Below the pieces are notes generated by a model. That model made no database searches. It had not been told where the DNA came from and was given only the letters and a program-made list of their open reading frames with translations. From contig VJWM01000116.1 of assembly GCA_010909165.1 (NCBI GenBank), forward strand, positions 620,001 to 684,000: a stretch of 64,000 nucleotides of DNA, given 5' to 3'. Below, piece by piece: positions 58,847 through 64,000 of this stretch (its first letter is position 1; the number at the start of each line of letters is the position of its first letter). The translations under genes were made by a program, and so were the position numbers. The DNA comes from Anthoceros angustus (taxonomy: Eukaryota; Plantae; Anthocerotophyta).

Positions 58847-61800
58847 ATGCAATCCCGGTCACGGCTTGGCCATCTGCTACTGAGGAAGCAGCGAGCAAGA
58901 TGCTGCTCGCCCAATACCGGATCACAGGTCCATTCACAGAGGAGTCGGAAGGGTGGGCACAGCTCTAATGGCAGCAAGATTGGGCTGCCTCTTGCGCTGA
59001 AGCAAGCCAGGAGGGCCCCTGCGATTGGGCGTCTGCCATCGTCTCTGCAACCGTCTGCTTTGATTTCTGGTGGTGCTTCTCAGAGTCTGGTGCTGCAGGA
59101 TGGCGACAAATTGTGCCTTTCCAAGAAAATTTCTCCGGATGACGTTGCGTCTGGGTCAGACCTGTCCGGGGGTCTGTTGCATGCTACTGGAAGCAGTGAG
59201 CCGAGCTCCAATTCCAGGAAGCCGTGGAGCTATTTGCGGGGAGCAGGTGCAGCTGCGGTTGTGTTGTTGACAGCTGCAGTAGTAGCTTCTGCAGAGTCTG
59301 AAAATGGGTACATGCCTCAGGGGGATGAGTTGAGGGTGTGGTTGTGGTCGTTGAAGGCCTCGGTGGCGGATAATATTGAGGTTCTGAAAGGGAGGCTTGT
59401 TCTTGGCATGCGGGGGATGTTCGAGGCCGGATCTGCCACTTTAATTCTGGTGCAATTTCTTGCAGCTGTGCTCTTTCACACGAACGACCCTGCAACAGAT
59501 GGACTTAGTGCGTGGTGGCGGCCAAAGGTGGCATGCCTTATTGCGGACGTCGCTGCACACGAGAACCGCAGGAAGGCAGTTGTGGACGCTGGGAATGGGT
59601 CGGTGGTGGACTGGCTGCTCGATTCGGTGGCAGAATCAAGCTCGGTTCAAAATGAGGCAGCGAGGGCGTTGGCATATCTTCTCTCAGATGCTCGCACATC
59701 TGAAACTGTTTTAGGTAGACCGCAAGCGATGCCCCATCTTCTTCGTTTTGCAGCATCTCTGCATGCTGAAACGGTTGGTGCTCAAACATGATCTTCTTCC
59801 TGGAGTTTTCATCTACTTTCATCTGCTTGCTGGATCATGTTCCTGTAGACTGTTATCTGCAAGATAGCAGACTGGCAAAGAGTCCCCTCATCTTGTTTTG
59901 GGATGCTATCTGGCAAAGAGTCCCCTCATCTCTTTATGTGGATAGAATAGTTGCAGTGCCGGATATTTCCTGACGGTTTGTGCTACAAACCTTCCTGCAC
60001 CAGGTTCTGGCTGAATGTGTCTCTGATCTCGAGTGAGGATTTACGCTGACTCGGCCTGATGTATCTTGTTTTCTCTGGTTGTCTTGGATGGTTCCGCTCC
60101 TCAAGGACACAACACACGGATGGAAGTCAGAGTTTGCACACCCCAACAATGAATTATCAAGAGGGAGAAGTATGCTTGTAGCTGCAGTGATGGATATAAT
60201 AACATCCAGCTGCGATGTTGGAGGCTGGCCTTCGTTGAAGCTGCCAGTTAATGCAGACAGGAAAGACATGGAGGCCGTCCTAAGAGTGTTATGTGAAGGG
60301 TGCCCATTGCTTTATGATGACAACAGGGACGACGTCCATCATAGCACTAAATTCTCCGACAAGCAACCTGTTAGCACTGTTAGGGATCAGAGCTGGAGCA
60401 GGAAAGGGCACCGCCATGGCAGCTCAATGAAGTTTGGACTGTGGGATGATCTTAAAGGCCCACAAGTTTCTGTGCCCTTAGCGGCTTGGGCTCTTGCAGC
60501 CTGGGCTCAAGCATCTAACTCAAATTGTGCAAAAATAGCAGATCTGGACAAGCAAGGCGAAGGCCTTTTGGCTGCCCTACAAGCACAAGAGCGTACTGTT
60601 AAGTGGCATACTGCCTTAGCTATCAATTCACTTCTCAACTGTGAGGACAGGTGCCTCAGCACTGTTGCACATGCTTTCACTGAAGCATTGCTGTCTATGG
60701 CTGCACAAGCCGGTAAGATTCAGGATACAGCTTTGGCCAAAGCAGCAATGGATGCTCTCTGTGCCAGTGTTGGTTGCAATTTAAAGGCCCACAATATTGT
60801 ACTGGAAAGGGGTCTCCCAGTCATGCGAGAACTAGCAAAGCAGACATCCTCCAGAAGTCCTGTGCAAGTGCCTTTAGCTCGCACTCTTGACATGCTAGTC
60901 TGTACAGAATCAGGTCTTCCTTTGGATGAATGCAAAAAGTGGTCTGGCATTGTTTTACTTTGGGTTGGGAGTCCTGATTCAGAGAGGACAACTCGGACAG
61001 CTGCCTCTCGCATTCTTTCCAGAGTAGTTGATGCACTTGGGCCAAGTGGAATTCCAATCTCTCAGGCGTGGTTAGCCATGCTTCTGATGGACCTTGTTGC
61101 TGATAGGAAAAAAGGTGCTCTGGATATTAAAAGTAAAGCTCCAAAGGACGAGAAAACTATTGGCATAATCCAGGTAGTCTAGGGGTGGTGTTATAACATT
61201 GCAGTTATGCCTTTGGCGCAGTGACTTACATGTAGTCACTGGCGCCTTTTGGTTACCTGGCTGCTGATTCTGTTCCTTCTGCTGTGCATTGCAGAGTCAG
61301 GTAACTCAAGCTGCGACTGTGGCGGCTACCCAGCTTGCCAAGTTGGTAGCACAAGAGGCTGCAGCAACTCAAGTATCGGCTGAAATCTCAAATGCTCAGA
61401 AAGATCCTCCTTCTGAGCTGCCAGTGGCTGATCTTTTAGGTTTGGATGCACTTTCTAGTGCGACGACTAAAACCGCCCCTATTCCGAAGGTCACTTATGT
61501 TGAAGCGGCTTCTGCTGTTTTGAAGGGTGTGAAGGCTTTGACAGAGCTTTCGGCAGAGAATCCAGCTTATCAGCTAAGGATTATAGAGCTAGGAGGGTTA
61601 TATTTGATCCGGAAGTTTCTGATGGGTGATGATTATGATAAGTGGGCTGCTGTGGAGGCTGATCATTCTGCAAAACCTCCGGCAGTGGCTGGCCATGATG
61701 GGTCTGATGCTACGAAAAGTCAAGTAAAAGGAACAGACAAGCCTGTTGTTAAATTGCCCTCTACCGCTCGAATGCGGAAGCAAGCTGCTCGGCTTCTGTC

Positions 61801-63958
61801 TATTTTGTCCTTGCAAACAGAAGCAGCAGGGGTAATAGCAGGCGATGAGGACTTGTGCTCATGGTTGGAGGAATGTGCAGATGGTGGCATTCTTGGGAAT
61901 GGAGACCTGAAGACACAAAGTTATGCCCGCACAGTCCTGCTTAATGCACTGAATGTGAACACACTCGGGAACTCGTCCTCTCCTGTTAAGGATCAAGACC
62001 TGGACTTTAGGCAAGTGGAAGTTGGAGAAAGATATCCTCGGTTTGAGGATATGGTATATTTAATGAACCCAGATTCTACTCACTGGAAAATCCTATGCTC
62101 CAAGGGATGCAGCAGGACTCCTACTAGATCGTTCCCCTCACAGGGTTTATCTGCACCACCAGATTCATCAGAGGCCATACCCAATTCGAAGCTTGAAGGA
62201 TGCGAAGAACAGCCACTGTTGGACGTAGTCTTCGTACATGGGTTGTGTGGTGGCCCTTTTAAGACCTGGCGTGTTTCAGATGACAAAACGTCCACAACAG
62301 ACAAAAGCGGCCTTGTTGAATCTATTGACAAGGAAGCTGGTAAAGAGGGTACTTGCTGGCCCAGTGAGTGGCTCTCACATGATTTGCCTCACAGTCGTCT
62401 ATTCACCTTGAAGTATAAGGTACTACTCTTCCCTGGATGATCCTAGAAGCTGGGAAAGGCTGGGGCCAGAATCTAAAATCTATGGATGTGGTTGCCACAT
62501 ACAGACAAATCTATCCCAATGGTCAGGCGCAACTCTGCCTCTTCAGGTACTGCATGCTTTTTTCTCAAAAGGTGGCTTGTGAGGAGAGTGAGGAGATTGT
62601 ATTTTTGTGTATTGAGGAAACGTGAACTTGCAGGTAACATGCATGCATGGGACGCTTGCCCAACGTTTCTTTATTTCTTTGTATTTAGAGCCAAACAGCT
62701 GTCCTTAGTGGTATTTGTCACATTTGGCTGTGTATTAGAAAATAAATTTGGCTCTCTCACAAGCGTTCCAAATTCCTTAAACAGTTCCCAGTGAGTGATT
62801 AACAATCAGTAATGATGTATTTCTGTGCTTCAGGAAGTCAGCTCCATGCTCCTTGACAAGTTGCTTGCAGCAGGTGTGGGGGAGCGACCCACAGTATTTG
62901 TAACTCACAGGTTTGTTATGTCACAAACCAACTTCAGCAGCCCTTGTCGCTTTCTATGCTTCAGCAGCCGTTGTGGCTTTGTCTGCTGTTCATCAGGTGT
63001 GTTTTTCACCTGCTGAATCTGTTGTGCCAATGTATCCGTCTCCAGTATGGGGGGTCTTGTTGTCAAGCAAATGCTGTTGCAAGCTGGACAGGATAAGACG
63101 AGGGCTCATTTGGTGCATCAAACACGGGGCATTGTAAGCACCTTGGATATCATTTCTTGGCCTAGTGACCTGACTATTGAATACAATTATTTGGGGATTA
63201 CATGGAGGTGATTAGCTTCGTCCCGTTTTTTCATTGTAACAGGTCTTCTATAGTTGCCCGCATTTTGGCAGCAAACTGGCAGATATGCCGTGGCGCATGG
63301 GTTATGTTTTGCGTCCTGCTCCATCTGTAAGTTCTGCTGCTTCGTGCCTCTACGATTGTGTGCCCAGAGCAGTGAGTGCCGGTCTGTAGTTGAAGGTCTG
63401 TACCAGTGAAATATCTTAGTCACGAGTGGTGCTGGCTAAGGCACAAGTGACCTTATGGTTTCAGATTGGTGAGTTGCGAAGTGGCTCTCCGAGACTGGAA
63501 GAGTTGAATCGATGCATCAGGGTACTACATAGCAAGAACAACCTGGAAGTTCTGAACTTCAGTGAGGTACAACTACGGTTTTCATCACATAGAAAGTGGG
63601 CAAAGTTTGGGTTCTGAAGTCCGTCAAGTGGAGTAAATGTCAAAAGTGCACTGCAGACAAAGGTTACTCCCTTGGTCGAGGGCTACGGAGGGTTGGCACT
63701 TCGAATGGAAGTTGTACCAATCGAATCAGCGTTTCCTGGCTATGGGGAACTCGTGGTAGGGTGATCATGACCCCTCCTCCTCATGATCTCTCGAAGGTGT
63801 TCTTTCCTGTGTTAACAAAGCGCACCGGTGTGCCACAGGTCTTGGACGGTACCGATCATGTGAATTCTTGTAAGCCACTGAGCAGATCAGATCCTGCCTA
63901 TACCAAGACTCTGGAATTTTTGCAGAGGTTAGAAGAGTTAAGTCGGAAGGCACGTTGA
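58847..63958 (+). CDS. ARM-repeat + SERAC1-like alpha/beta hydrolase (putative lipid-remodelling enzyme)
   Basis: Long helical exons (59-62 kb); LDVVFVHGLCGGPFKTWR; CWPSEWLSHDLP..RL.TLKYK/TNLSQWSGATLPLQ/EVSSMLLDKL; VFVTHSMGGLVVKQML nucleophile elbow; C-terminal TDHVNSCKP. Confidence 0.88.
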
Positions 63959-64000
63959 CAACTTCAGCAAGTGATAGCACTGAGAATCTTTCATTTGTAA

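Overview
Eukaryotic, intron-containing land-plant DNA. Short introns, high gene density and about 50% GC suggest a hornwort, other bryophyte or lycophyte (inference). The window has two halves. (1) About 1-38 kb is a nested transposon and repeat cluster full of small indels. It is dominated by several diverged copies of an apparent cut-and-paste transposon family carrying two divergent genes: a Sola-like DDD transposase with a C-terminal beta-barrel domain, and a spliced gene fusing a ParB/Srx-like domain to a bacterial-type beta-class (N4C/N6A) DNA methyltransferase with a non-canonical DVPR motif IV. One copy looks complete (20500-30009, 33-bp TIRs, TCTC target-site duplication) and splits a Copia gag gene, whose reading frame is restored when the element is removed. 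Other Copia pieces, an unclassified GC-rich insert, kb-scale tandem duplications with junction microhomology and lectin pseudogenes fill the rest. (2) About 38-64 kb holds mostly clean host genes: a coiled-coil protein, a PII-2/TMM-like LRR receptor-like protein, a prodomain-less neprosin-domain protein, a plastid ADP/ATP carrier and an ARM + SERAC1-like alpha/beta hydrolase. All family calls come from reading motifs by eye; no database search was run.
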